DNA from: an uncultured Clostridia bacterium
GTDB lineage: Bacteria; Bacillota; Clostridia; TANB77; CAG-508
DNA length: 36,997 nt
NCBI GenBank assembly: GCA_949455995.1
Contig: CASUIT010000003.1
Coordinates: 1 to 36,997 of the forward strand
Reading direction: 5' to 3'
Positions 19,865-29,991 of the stretch are shown here, piece by piece (position 1 is the first letter of the stretch; each line of letters starts with the position of its first letter). The notes under the pieces are model-generated. The model did not search any database, was not told where the DNA came from, and worked only from the letters and a program-made list of their open reading frames with translations. The translations under genes were made by a program, and so were the position numbers.

Positions 19865-20920
19865 TTATTCATTTAAAAAGTCTTGATAGGTTTTGGTAAC
19901 TTCTATTTTTGATTTTCCTTGTTTTATATTTTCATCTTGTTTTAATATTAGATCTACATCATAGGTTTCTTTTAATTTTAAAATATTTTCTTTTTTGTGA
20001 CCAATTACATTATTGGCATCAATTGGATTTACGGTTACTTCTACTTCTTTTACTTTTACATTTAATTTTTTTATTTTTCCTACAATGGCATCATACCACA
20101 TAGCAGATTCTACAAGTTGTCTAAATGCAGGGTGATATGGTCCTGCTACTACTTGACTTGTTTGGTTTTGTGGATTTGTTATTTCCTCTGTATTTTGTAA
20201 GCCTATTCGGATTATTTCTATTTTTTTATTATCAAACATTCTCACTAATTCTTTACAAATTTCTACTGCTTGTACTAGTGTTAATGGATCATATTCTCCT
20301 TCTTGGTATTGTTTTTCTAATTTGGTATTTTTTATTACTAGTACTGGATAAATTCTTATCATTTTAGGTTTTAACTTTATGAGTGCTTTGGCAGTGTTGA
20401 TTTCATCAATTCTTGTGCTTTCTGGTAAACCTACCATCATTTGATGCCCTAATTTAAACCCATTCCATCGAATTTTTTTTGAGGCTTTTTTTACTTCTTC
20501 AAAAGTATGTCCTCTGTTTGCTTTTTGCAAGATGTAGTCATTGGCTGATTGTACTCCTAGTTCAATGGTTTTTACTTTGTATTTTTTTAGTCTTTTTAGG
20601 GTTTCTTTATCTATTCCATCTGGTCTAGTGGATATTCGAATGGATTCTACTTTTCCTATTTTTATGTATTCATAAGCTATTTCTAATAGTTCTTCTTGTT
20701 TTTCTTTTTCTATTTTGGTAAAACTTCCTCCATAAAATGCTATTTGTGTTTTGGCATCTTCATTTTTTATGCTTTCTAGGTAATCATCTATTATTTTTTT
20801 TGCTTCTTCTTTTGTGATATTCTTTTTTTGCCCACTAATTGATTTTTGATTACAAAAAATACAATCATTGGGACATCCTAAATGTGGTACAAATATAGGA
20901 ATGATATATTGTTTTTTCAT
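19865..20920 (-). CDS. Radical SAM protein (Elp3/YhcC-like)
   Basis: IPIFVPHLGCPNDCIFCNQ (CxxxCxxC), AFYGGSFT, STRPD, IELGVQS, AGPYHPAF. Confidence 0.9.
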   Translation of the reverse strand: MKKQYIIPIFVPHLGCPNDCIFCNQKSISGQKKNITKEEAKKIIDDYLESIKNEDAKTQIAFYGGSFTKIEKEKQEELLEIAYEYIKIGKVESIRISTRPDGIDKETLKRLKKYKVKTIELGVQSANDYILQKANRGHTFEEVKKASKKIRWNGFKLGHQMMVGLPESTRIDEINTAKALIKLKPKMIRIYPVLVIKNTKLEKQYQEGEYDPLTLVQAVEICKELVRMFDNKKIEIIRIGLQNTEEITNPQNQTSQVVAGPYHPAFRQLVESAMWYDAIVGKIKKLNVKVKEVEVTVNPIDANNVIGHKKENILKLKETYDVDLILKQDENIKQGKSKIEVTKTYQDFLNE

Positions 20921-20934
20921 GGTTACCCTCTTTT

Positions 20935-21603
20935 CTATTTTAAATTTTCTAATGCTTTTTTAGCAGCACTCATATGTGCTTCTTTTTTACTTTTTCCTTC
21001 TCCTTTTGCTAAAATTTTTCCATTAAAACTTACTTGTGCTTCAAATTGTTTGTTATGGTCTGGTCCTTGCTCTTTGATAATTTCATATTCTATTTTTACT
21101 TCTCCTTGTTCTTGTAATTTTTCTTGTAATACAGTTTTGTAATCTCTATCTCCTACATGCTTGGTTGCCATTTCAATTTCTTCTTTTAGGTTTTCTATGA
21201 TAAATTTTTCGGTTTCTTCTATTCCGCCATCTAAAAAAATTGCTGCAATGATGGCTTCTACACTGTCTGCTAAAATAGCGGGTCTTTCTTGCCCTCCCAT
21301 TTTTTTTTCTGATTTTCCTAAGTATAAAAATTCACTAAAATTATGTTTTTTTGCTATTTTGTATAAACTTTTTTCACAAACTACCGTTGCCCTAACTTTT
21401 GTCATTTCTCCTTCTTTTAATTTGGGATAGTTTTTGTATAAATATTTGCTAGAGATAAATTCTAATATGCTGTCTCCTAAAAATTCTAATTTCTCGTTAC
21501 TTTCTAATTTATTTTCATAAGCATAGGATGTGTGTGTTAAAGCTTGTTTTAATAAATTTTTCTTTTGGAATGTATAGCCTATGCTTTGTTCTATTTTTTC
21601 CAT
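20935..21603 (-). CDS. rnc: Ribonuclease III
   Basis: ALTHTSY, NEKLEFLGDSIL, LADSVEAII, dsRBD DYKTVLQE..GPDH..GKSKKEA. Confidence 0.97.
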   Translation of the reverse strand: MEKIEQSIGYTFQKKNLLKQALTHTSYAYENKLESNEKLEFLGDSILEFISSKYLYKNYPKLKEGEMTKVRATVVCEKSLYKIAKKHNFSEFLYLGKSEKKMGGQERPAILADSVEAIIAAIFLDGGIEETEKFIIENLKEEIEMATKHVGDRDYKTVLQEKLQEQGEVKIEYEIIKEQGPDHNKQFEAQVSFNGKILAKGEGKSKKEAHMSAAKKALENLK

Positions 21604-21698
21604 TGTTCTCCCTCTTCTTCTTAGTTTTTTAACTCTAATTTTTTTCTATATTATATACTATTTTACAAAATTTGCAAAGACTTTTTTTATGATTTTTA

Positions 21699-21727
21699 TA
21701 GACAATTTTTAAGTATTATTGTATAAT
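21699..21727 (+). promoter_or_regulatory. Sigma-A promoter
   Basis: TAGACA (21699-21704), N17, TATAAT (21722-21727). Confidence 0.65.
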
Positions 21728-21761
21728 AAATTTGTATTATTTTAAGAAAGTGAGTAAAATT

Positions 21762-23132
21762 ATGTTGGATAATCATGATAATAGAAATTTGTCTGATGTA
21801 TTTAAAGAATTACAAGAAATGCAACATACGCAAACTACTAAGCCAAATAAACAAAATAAAAAAAGAACTTATAAGCCAAAAAAGAACTTTTCTTTTCATT
21901 TCCATACTAAATCTTTTTCAAACAACACTTATTACAAAAGTTCAGACTTGCAACTATCACATATCTTAATAGGCTGTAGTATTTTAATTGTTGGATTAGC
22001 TGTGTTCTTTCCCAAAAACACTTCCTTTAGCCAAAGTTACGCAAAAGAAGAAAATATAGAAGAACTAACCGAATACGAACTAAATCGCCATCGATTAAAT
22101 ATTCAAAGCATTATTTCTGAAAATTCTGACATGGACAAAGTAAAAGAACAAGTAATCGAAGAACGTGATATTGAATTTATCACAGAATATAATAATAACC
22201 CAACTCTTCCAAAAAGCGAAGAAGTAGTAAAACAAGAAGGAGCTATCGGAAAAGAAAACGTAACAGCCATTAAAACATATGAAAACGGAAACTTTGTAGA
22301 AGAAATCATTTTAGACAAGCAAAAACTTGTAGAACCGATTCCTAAGATAATAGACATTGGTACCTCTGAATTCTTAGCAAAACATAAAGTACATATTGGT
22401 GACACCATGTATTTTGTAGACACTGCCAATTTAAAAGAATCACCAGATACCACAAGCACAGACAAAGCAGAAGTCAAAAAATACTTAGAAGTCAAACTAT
22501 TAGAACTACCAAGCGAAGAATGGTGTAAAGTCTCTTTTGATAACATAGAAGGATATGTAAAAACCGCTAACCTAACCTCACCTTACTCCACACCAAACAT
22601 CATAGAAAAAAATAGAATACAAAAAATCCTAATAAAAGTAAACATTGACATGGAACTAAATAGAACCAGTGGTTTAACATTAAATGACTACAAAAAAATA
22701 TTTACAGGTATCCCAAATGACACAAACAAAATATTCCAAAACAACTACACTGCCTTTTATAACGCAGAAAAGAAATATAACATCAATGGTATTTTCCTAG
22801 CATCGATTGCTATTCATGAAAGTGCTTGGGGAACCTCTCAAATTGCCAATGACAAACACAACTTATTTGGTTATGGTTCTTATGATGCCACCCCATATGA
22901 ATCCTCTTTCGAATTTGCCGATTATTCTGAAGGAATTGAAACCGTTGCTAAATCTTTAGTAAAATACTACCTAAATCCATCTGGAACAAAAATCTATGGT
23001 GGCGAAACAGCTAGTGCTTGGTACTACAATGGACCAACCCTAAAAGGTGTTAACACTAGATATGCAAGTGATTCCAAATGGCACGAAAAAGTATTTAAAT
23101 ACATGGAAATGCTTTATAATAAACTACAATAA
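21762..23132 (+). CDS. Membrane-anchored peptidoglycan hydrolase (G5 + SH3 + GH73 glucosaminidase-like)
   Basis: TM segment, G5-like (VKQEGAIG..YENG..IIDIGT), SH3-like (WCKVSFDNIEGYVK), AIHESAWGTS, NLFGYG, YASDSKW. ATG 21762 follows an SD-like AAAGTGAG. Confidence 0.85.
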   Translation: MLDNHDNRNLSDVFKELQEMQHTQTTKPNKQNKKRTYKPKKNFSFHFHTKSFSNNTYYKSSDLQLSHILIGCSILIVGLAVFFPKNTSFSQSYAKEENIEELTEYELNRHRLNIQSIISENSDMDKVKEQVIEERDIEFITEYNNNPTLPKSEEVVKQEGAIGKENVTAIKTYENGNFVEEIILDKQKLVEPIPKIIDIGTSEFLAKHKVHIGDTMYFVDTANLKESPDTTSTDKAEVKKYLEVKLLELPSEEWCKVSFDNIEGYVKTANLTSPYSTPNIIEKNRIQKILIKVNIDMELNRTSGLTLNDYKKIFTGIPNDTNKIFQNNYTAFYNAEKKYNINGIFLASIAIHESAWGTSQIANDKHNLFGYGSYDATPYESSFEFADYSEGIETVAKSLVKYYLNPSGTKIYGGETASAWYYNGPTLKGVNTRYASDSKWHEKVFKYMEMLYNKLQ

Positions 23133-23221
23133 CAATTAGGGTATTTTAAAAATAGCAACTTACATGTCCCATTTAATTCTTTGTGAAATATAATTTTTAA
23201 TACCATAAAAAGGAGGCTAAC

Positions 23222-24055
23222 ATGAAAAAATTTAAAATAAAAAATGAAAGACTTGTATTTACTCTATTGATCATTACTTTATTTATTACCTTTCTTTTAC
23301 AATATAACTTTGTATTTTCTGTTGTATTTGCAAGAAATGCTTTCGCAAATGAAATGATAGAAATTGCAGATGAAAATGAAAGTTCTATCTTTAATATTCA
23401 AAAAATACTATTATATAGTAGTGGTAATGCCATTGACAATTCAGATGACCAATCTTTAAAAAATATGAGTATTTGTCAATATACCGATATTTCTATCTAT
23501 ATTGACAATACCAGTACCATTTCTGAATTAACCAATGAAAACACAATTAAAGAATTATATATTGATAACATCGTAGTAAATTCTCATGCTGACATGGGAA
23601 ATAAAATAATAAACTATAAAAATCCTTTAGAATTTGGAAAATACAAAACAATTGAAAGCCCTGAAAATAATAGAATTGATTTCAACATTATTAACACCAA
23701 TTCAGAAAATGAAAATCATGACTATTCTACCCCTACTTTTTATACAGACTGCTCTAATCCTATTTCTTTGGGGTATTTAAATAAAGACATTTTACCTAAT
23801 TATGCTGTTTCTCAAGATGCCAATACGGTTTCTTTTAATGGGAAAGTATTACAAGAGGCTAATGTCAATTTAGAAGATATTGCTTATACTTTAACCTTTA
23901 AAATTCATATTGTGAACAACCTAAATCAAAAATTTGTCTACCATATGAAGTTAGATGTTGATTTAAATGACAATAATGGTGGTATTTATAATGGTTATGT
24001 TTATAAAGGAAAAAATACAACAGGTAATGAATATCGATTTTTTAAAGAGATTTAG
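23222..24055 (+). CDS. Hypothetical exported or membrane-anchored protein
   Basis: SD AAGGAGG, N-terminal basic plus hydrophobic segment, 277 aa; no family recognised. Confidence 0.75.
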   Translation: MKKFKIKNERLVFTLLIITLFITFLLQYNFVFSVVFARNAFANEMIEIADENESSIFNIQKILLYSSGNAIDNSDDQSLKNMSICQYTDISIYIDNTSTISELTNENTIKELYIDNIVVNSHADMGNKIINYKNPLEFGKYKTIESPENNRIDFNIINTNSENENHDYSTPTFYTDCSNPISLGYLNKDILPNYAVSQDANTVSFNGKVLQEANVNLEDIAYTLTFKIHIVNNLNQKFVYHMKLDVDLNDNNGGIYNGYVYKGKNTTGNEYRFFKEI

Positions 24056-24077
24056 CTTAAAAGCTAAATCTCTTTTT
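24044..24077 (+). terminator. Rho-independent terminator
   Basis: AAAGAGATTTAGCTT-AA-AAGCTAAATCTCTTT perfect inverted repeat ending in a T run. Confidence 0.75.
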
Positions 24078-24107
24078 GATACATTGGGAACAGGTCTTTT
24101 TGTCTCA
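24077..24107 (-). repeat. REP-like palindrome copy 3 (diverged)
   Basis: TGATACATTGGGAACAGGTCTTTTTGTCTCA. Confidence 0.75.
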
Positions 24108-24203
24108 CAAATTATTTTCCTACTATCACTATAACTTGTATAAGTATTATAGTATTTAGAATTAATTCCTGTAAAATTATAGTAACTACCATTTGATAAT
24201 TTA

Positions 24204-24567
24204 CTATCTAATACTCCAGCTTATTGCTATTTCTGTTCCATTTCTTCCATATTTACTTTCTACTAAATATGCCACTGCTTCCCATTCTGTATTTTTTATC
24301 ATATGGCTATCTCCTGTTAAACCATATGTTGTTTTTACTCCTTGACATGCTGTAAATATTTGACCTACTGTTACACTTCTTAAGCTTGATTACTTTTTCT
24401 TCTGCACTTTCTCTTTTCGTTGCTTCAGATGCCTCTTGTGCTCTATTCATTATCCCATTTTTTCCGTTCAATAAAGCTATGCTTACTCCTGCTACTATTA
24501 AAAGAATTATAATTGTTATCACAAGTGATATTAATGTTATGCCTTTCATACTTCTAATCTTATTCAT
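24204..24567 (-). pseudogene. Type IV pilin-like gene remnant with internal deletion/frameshift
   Basis: Prepilin-like KG|ITLISLVITIIILLIVAGVSI. A second frame (~24389-24204) reads SLRSVTVGQIFTACQ..GDSHMIKNTEWEAVAYLVESKYGRNG, which looks like a C-terminal domain fragment. Confidence 0.6.
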
Positions 24568-24614
24568 CTACAACAAAAAAACTTTAGACTTATTTCTAAA
24601 TCTAAAGCTATTTT

Positions 24615-25091
24615 CTATTTTTTAGCAATACTCAAATCATAAGCATTTGCATAATTAAAGGTTTTACTTGTATTTAATTGGGTAGTTTTTCCTGGTTCTA
24701 ATGTCCCAATATAAGCAGAAACTGTTGTCATTTCCTCTCCTTGTTTATCAAGTATCTTTATTTCTACAGTATATCCTCCTTGTGTCGTTTCTGAAGTATT
24801 TGTAATAGTTCCTAATAATACTGTTACATCATCTTTTTCTGTTATTTGTAAATTACTTATTTCCATTCCTTCTATTTTTTTGGTTTCTTTTAATTTTTGA
24901 CTTGTATTTATTTTCGTTCCATCTTCTAATACGCTTACAAATTCTTCTTGATTTATCGCTGTTTGCTCTCCTGTTCCAATATTTTTAGTTTCCTCTTTTT
25001 TATTACTATTTCCTCTTACAATCGCTATGATAATTACTATTATAGTAATAACTACTAAAGCTGCTATTATTATTTTTTCATTCTTTTTCAT
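24615..25091 (-). CDS. Membrane-anchored Ig-like (FxLYD-like) protein
   Basis: N-terminal TM; GTITNTS...VEIKILDKQG...LEPGKTT pattern; SD AAAGGGG. Confidence 0.7.
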   Translation of the reverse strand: MKKNEKIIIAALVVITIIVIIIAIVRGNSNKKEETKNIGTGEQTAINQEEFVSVLEDGTKINTSQKLKETKKIEGMEISNLQITEKDDVTVLLGTITNTSETTQGGYTVEIKILDKQGEEMTTVSAYIGTLEPGKTTQLNTSKTFNYANAYDLSIAKK

Positions 25092-25208
25092 TTTTCTTCC
25101 CCTTTCGTATGATATTTTTTATTATAACATATCGTTATTTCCTTTTCAAACTTATATTAGCATGTTTTCAAAATGTAATATTTTTGTAATCTATTTGTAA
25201 TACTATGT

Positions 25209-25246
25209 AAAAACGATATGTTTAGCTTTTTTATACATATCGTTTT
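25209..25246 (-). terminator. Terminator after spoVT
   Basis: AAAACGATATGT...ACATATCGTTTT inverted repeat. Confidence 0.65.
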
Positions 25247-25262
25247 GCATTTTTGCAATTTT

Positions 25263-25817
25263 TTATATGTCCATTTGACTTCCTAAAAATGTTGCTGCAG
25301 ATTGTGCAACCTTTTTTTCAACATCATCCATTTTGCCATTTGGTTCTTTTGCCATTAATATAACGCTACCAATTGTATCTCCATTTGAGACAATTGGATA
25401 TACTACTTGTGCATTGTTTTTTCTTTCTTGATTGTTATTTTTGGTAATTGGCATGGCTATATCACTATTTTCTTTACTAGTGTAAATTTCTTTATCTTCC
25501 ATGAGTTGTTCTAATTCTTGACTAATATCTTGTTCTAAAAATTCTTTTTTAGGACCTCCTGATACTGCTATAATTGTATCTTTATCTGTAATACAAGCTA
25601 TGTGTCCTGTTGTTTTTGACAAGGTTTCTGCATATCCTGTTGCAAATTCTGAAAGCTCACCAATTGGAGAATATTTTTTCAATATTACTTGACCCTCTCG
25701 GTCTGTAAATATCTCTAATGGATCTCCTTCTTTTATTCTTAATGTTTTTCTTATTTCCTTTGGAATAACTACTCTTCCCAAATCATCTATTCTTCTTACA
25801 ACTCCAGTTGCTTTCAT
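25263..25817 (-). CDS. spoVT: Stage V sporulation protein T (AbrB-like + GAF)
   Basis: MKATGVVRRIDDLGRVVIPKEIRKTLRIKEGDPLEIF..LKKYSPIGEL..AATFLGSQM. SD GAGGAGG before ATG 25817. Confidence 0.96.
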   Translation of the reverse strand: MKATGVVRRIDDLGRVVIPKEIRKTLRIKEGDPLEIFTDREGQVILKKYSPIGELSEFATGYAETLSKTTGHIACITDKDTIIAVSGGPKKEFLEQDISQELEQLMEDKEIYTSKENSDIAMPITKNNNQERKNNAQVVYPIVSNGDTIGSVILMAKEPNGKMDDVEKKVAQSAATFLGSQMDI

Positions 25818-25853
25818 AATTTTCCTCCTCATTATATTTTTTGTTTATATTTT

Positions 25854-25882
25854 TATTATGACAAATAAGGAAAAAATTATAC
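25854..25882 (-). promoter_or_regulatory. Sigma-G-type forespore promoter of spoVT
   Basis: Minus strand GTATA-N17-CATAATA matches GNATA-N17/18-CATNNTA; spoVT is sigma-G dependent in B. subtilis. Confidence 0.65.
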
Positions 25883-25903
25883 ATTAAAACCATAATTTAA
25901 AAT

Positions 25904-27868
25904 TCAATTTGCTTGTTTTAATTGCCCTAATTGATAAATTTTTAATAATTCTAATAAATCTTCTATTTCTCTTTTTAATTTTTTGCCGATATCCGTATCT
26001 CCTACTGTTTTTCTCGTTATTCCTGTTTTTTTGACTACTATTTCTGATATTATATCTTTTTCTTCTTTGATGGCTTTTTCTACGGATTCAAATGGTTTAT
26101 TTTGACTTAACAATAATCCATAAGAATTATAGGTTAATATATATCCTGCATTTCCTGTTTTTACTTGGTAACTTTTGGCAAATCCACCATCAATCACTAA
26201 CATTTTTCCATTGGCTCGTACTGGACTTTCTCCTTCTTTTGCTTTTACAGGAATGTGTCCATTTACAATATGGGATTCTTTTTCTTTTAATCCAAATTCT
26301 TTTAAAATTTTATTACAAATTTCTTCTTGACTTGATAAATAATAGTAAGGATTTTTTTCCTCTTTATGTGTTTTTTTATCAGAAATAAAGTAACTTTCGA
26401 AGGTAGCCATTTTACTTTTTCCAAAAAAAGGTGAATTGGATGAAATCCATAAAAACCACATGATATCAATTAGTTCTTCTTCTGGATTTTCTTTATTAAT
26501 ATATACTTTTTCTATGGTTTCATTTACTAAGTCAAAATATTTTTTGCCTTTTACCTTTTTTCCTAAAAATTCTACTTCTTGAAAACTTCCGTCTTCTTTC
26601 ATTGGAATACAGGCATGGAATAATAAATTGGAATTGAATATGGTGTATAGCTCTCCTTTTTGATATAAAAACTTCATATGCTCTTCTAATTTTTGACTAT
26701 GCCTAAAAGATTCACAAAGTCTTTGTACTACTTCGTCTTCTTCTTTTGTTAGTTGATAGACATCTTTTGGATTTAGGGTAGGAAAATTAATATCATTTAG
26801 CTCATATTTTTCTCCCTCTAATATAACGTAACCTTTTTTTAAATCCATTTTGTCTAATAATAGACGATGTTCTAAATGATATTCTGGATGTTTTTTTATT
26901 AATTGTCCTTCTAGTTTAAATTGTATGATAGTAATTGCTTTATGAATTTTGGCAATAATTGCTTTATCACTTTTATCATATTTACTGTCATCGTATACTT
27001 TGGGCATAAAATTTAGACAATCATCTTCTTTATAGGTTTCTATTGCAAAAGTGGATAGTGGTCTTGTATTAATTCCATATCCTTCTTCTAAAATTTCTAT
27101 GTTATTATATCTTGCACAATTTCTAACGACAGTTGCAATACTTGCTTTATTTCCACAACTTGCTCCCATCCAACAAATGTCATGGTTTCCCCATTGCATA
27201 TCAATGCTATGAAATTTTTTTAGTTTTTCAATTACTAAATCAGGATGTTTTCCTCTGTCGTAAATATCGCCTATGATATGCAAGTGGTCAATTGCCATTC
27301 TTTTTATTAAATCTGCAATGGCAATAATAAAACTGTCTGCTTGTTTTAATTCTATAATATTTTTGATAATTGCTTTATAATATCTTTCTTTGTCTTCTTC
27401 TTGGAGCGTTTGGGCATGTAACAGTTCATCAATTACATATTCAAAACCATTATTGATCGCTTTTCTGACTTTGGATCTGGTATATTTTGAACTAACTTTT
27501 TTGGCTACTTTAATTAAACGATATAATGTTATGGTATACCATTCTTCTTTATCTTCTATTTCTTGTTTTATTAGTTTTAGCTTTTCTTCTGGATAATATA
27601 TTAAGGTAGCAAGTGTCGCTCTTTCTTTTTGGGTTATGGTATCTCCAAAAATATCGTTGATTTTATTTTTTATGATTCCTCCACCATTGTTTAAAATGTG
27701 TACAAATGGTTCATATTCTCCATGAATATCACTTAAAAATATTTCTGTTCCTTTTGGCAAATTAACAATGGCTTGTAAATTGATGATTTCTTCTGCTACT
27801 TCATTGATATTTTGGTATTCTTTACTTAGTAGTTTTAGATATTTTTGCTTATTATATTCATTTTCCAT
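25904..27868 (-). CDS. fbp: Fructose-1,6-bisphosphatase class III
   Basis: EIINLQAIVNLPKGTE.FLSDIHGE, GDIYDRG, QWGNHD, IVNGHIPV, VIDGGF. Confidence 0.96.
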   Translation of the reverse strand: MENEYNKQKYLKLLSKEYQNINEVAEEIINLQAIVNLPKGTEIFLSDIHGEYEPFVHILNNGGGIIKNKINDIFGDTITQKERATLATLIYYPEEKLKLIKQEIEDKEEWYTITLYRLIKVAKKVSSKYTRSKVRKAINNGFEYVIDELLHAQTLQEEDKERYYKAIIKNIIELKQADSFIIAIADLIKRMAIDHLHIIGDIYDRGKHPDLVIEKLKKFHSIDMQWGNHDICWMGASCGNKASIATVVRNCARYNNIEILEEGYGINTRPLSTFAIETYKEDDCLNFMPKVYDDSKYDKSDKAIIAKIHKAITIIQFKLEGQLIKKHPEYHLEHRLLLDKMDLKKGYVILEGEKYELNDINFPTLNPKDVYQLTKEEDEVVQRLCESFRHSQKLEEHMKFLYQKGELYTIFNSNLLFHACIPMKEDGSFQEVEFLGKKVKGKKYFDLVNETIEKVYINKENPEEELIDIMWFLWISSNSPFFGKSKMATFESYFISDKKTHKEEKNPYYYLSSQEEICNKILKEFGLKEKESHIVNGHIPVKAKEGESPVRANGKMLVIDGGFAKSYQVKTGNAGYILTYNSYGLLLSQNKPFESVEKAIKEEKDIISEIVVKKTGITRKTVGDTDIGKKLKREIEDLLELLKIYQLGQLKQAN

Positions 27869-27869
27869 T

Positions 27870-29864
27870 TTATGTTTCTTCTTCCATTTCTTTTATTTTT
27901 TCTTCTCTTTTTGGAAGAAAGCTTATTTTATACTTGTCTAATATATATCCCATGTCTTTTGAAAATTCTTTTAGCATAACAACTTTAATGGTTTGATCTT
28001 TTTCTTTTAGATAGTCATCAATAATTTGCTTTAATTGTTTTATGGTTTTCATTTCTGGTTCAATTTGCTTGGTATATCGATTGGCTCGATCAATTAACTT
28101 TTCTCTAATTAATACAATGTCTTCATTACTTGCACATGAAATTCTTTGGAAGAGTTGGAAAGCATCATAATATTTAAAAATTGGTATATTCATACATTCT
28201 TCATCAAATTTTTCATAAAATTGCTCCATTCTCATTGGAATACATTTCATTATTTCATCTGCTTTTTCTTTGTACATTTTGTCTAATAATTGCTCATTTA
28301 ATCGATTGAAGTGTTTTAAAACATCTTCCATATCTTCTTCTACTTCCTCTATTGCAATTTTAGAAAATTCTTCTTTTGGGTTAGGACAATATTCAGATGA
28401 AAGAGATGCTATGTTCATTCCATCTAAAAATACACTTTTTAAAGTTTTTAAATCATATTCAATTAAACCTCTTCTGGAAAAATAACTAAAATAAGCAAAT
28501 AGCTTTACTGTGTCAATTAATGTTAAATTTCCTCCTTTTACATCACTCATTACTTCTTGAACAACTCCTGCAAATTGTTCATCTGAAATTTTCCAATATT
28601 CTTCTGTTAATAATCTTTTGTAACCTGGCAAGTTTTCAGTGTCTACTGTATTTCTGATCGTTTCCATGTTTTCTTTAAATAGTTTCATATCAAAAATACG
28701 TGTTCTAATATAATATTCTATAAATTTAAAGAAACGATATTCTGCTTTAAAATTGTAATAATAATTACTATCAAATTCTTTGATATAGAATTGTCTATTA
28801 TCCATTAATATTCTAGAAGATACTAAGATGGATTTATATTCTTCATTGTCCTCAATGTTTACAAATTTATCTTTGGTTATTTTTCCTGCTTTTATTTCAA
28901 ATGATATTGCAATTGTAAATATTAACATGGTTTGCATGACTCTATGGTTGGTATTTGGATAGTATTTGTTTACCATTTCATAAATCTTTTTAAAGGCATT
29001 TAGTGCATGTTTTAGTATTCTTAAATTTCTGGTTCCACTTTTATGGAAAGTAGAGATAATTAATCCTGTATTTTCTCTTAAAAATCGTATTAAATCAGCA
29101 TCATTTTCATATCTCATTAAAATTCCGTTTATAATGTAGTCAAATTTAGGTGCATATTCAAAGGTTTCTCCTATTAGCTTTTCTTTAATTCTTTCATAGT
29201 CATTTGCTTTGTCAAATACATGCTCAATTTTTTCTTGGATTTTTTCAACCATTGGCTTGTCTGTTTTATTTAATTCATTTTGCTTGTCTAACAAATAGGT
29301 GGCTATAAAAGTTTTCATTTCAAGGTTGGAACTTTTTAATTTGGTAGAAAGTTCTTTTTCATTACATATAATAATGGTTTTTATATGATCATGTTCTACG
29401 AAGTTGTTGATATACCCTAATATGTCTATTACATCTACATTAGCTCTTTCTAGGTCATCAAAACATAATACTTTGTCATCTGTCGCAAAAAAATCTGCAT
29501 AGTCTACTCTATCTCCATTTTGTGTAACTCCAAAAAAATTTGCCATGTCAATTCCTGTTTTAGCATATTCTGGAATAGTAGTTTGTCCATTAGAATCCAT
29601 AAATTTTCTTAAATTTTTGTCCATTAATTGTGTCGTTTCAATAAATATTTTTTTACTGATTTCTTCTAAATTAGAAATTCCATATAATGACATATATATG
29701 GTGGTATATCTTCTTCCATTTAATTGCAAGGTTTCGATTTTTTTTCTAATTCGATTGTTCCAAAAATGTGTTTTTCCAGACCCCCATTCTCCATTGAGCA
29801 TAATTGCATAATCTGTATAATCAGATCTTATATAGTCTAATATACTTTCTACTAAATCTTCCAT
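27870..29864 (-). CDS. KAP family P-loop NTPase
   Basis: AIMLNGEWGSGKT (Walker A), SLYG, LCFDDLER (Walker B), KEKLIG, NLR. SD AAGGAGG before ATG 29864, preferred over TTG 29888 which lies inside a REP. Confidence 0.85.
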   Translation of the reverse strand: MEDLVESILDYIRSDYTDYAIMLNGEWGSGKTHFWNNRIRKKIETLQLNGRRYTTIYMSLYGISNLEEISKKIFIETTQLMDKNLRKFMDSNGQTTIPEYAKTGIDMANFFGVTQNGDRVDYADFFATDDKVLCFDDLERANVDVIDILGYINNFVEHDHIKTIIICNEKELSTKLKSSNLEMKTFIATYLLDKQNELNKTDKPMVEKIQEKIEHVFDKANDYERIKEKLIGETFEYAPKFDYIINGILMRYENDADLIRFLRENTGLIISTFHKSGTRNLRILKHALNAFKKIYEMVNKYYPNTNHRVMQTMLIFTIAISFEIKAGKITKDKFVNIEDNEEYKSILVSSRILMDNRQFYIKEFDSNYYYNFKAEYRFFKFIEYYIRTRIFDMKLFKENMETIRNTVDTENLPGYKRLLTEEYWKISDEQFAGVVQEVMSDVKGGNLTLIDTVKLFAYFSYFSRRGLIEYDLKTLKSVFLDGMNIASLSSEYCPNPKEEFSKIAIEEVEEDMEDVLKHFNRLNEQLLDKMYKEKADEIMKCIPMRMEQFYEKFDEECMNIPIFKYYDAFQLFQRISCASNEDIVLIREKLIDRANRYTKQIEPEMKTIKQLKQIIDDYLKEKDQTIKVVMLKEFSKDMGYILDKYKISFLPKREEKIKEMEEET

Positions 29865-29880
29865 ACTTTCCTCCTTATTT

Positions 29881-29991
29881 TGAGACAAAGGGGACAGGTC
29901 TTTTTTGTCTCATTTTTTATCCTATGTTGTTTTTTGATATTTTTAGAAAACTAATTTTATGAGACAAAAAAGACCTGTCCCCTTTGTCTCA
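29881..29991. repeat. REP doublet (REPIN-like): copies 4 and 5 as a perfect 32-bp inverted pair with a 47-bp spacer
   Basis: 29881-29912 TGAGACAAAGGGGACAGGTCTTTTTTGTCTCA is the exact reverse complement of 29960-29991. Confidence 0.9.

Noticed and set aside
24360-24372. AGG-T in the pilin-like ORF as an analogous AGGN +1 site
   Set aside because: The alternative frame already looks protein-like upstream of the AGG (SLRSVTVGQ), and in-frame AGG is ordinary Arg in rnc (KVRAT), addB (ERSR) and the 6930 gene.
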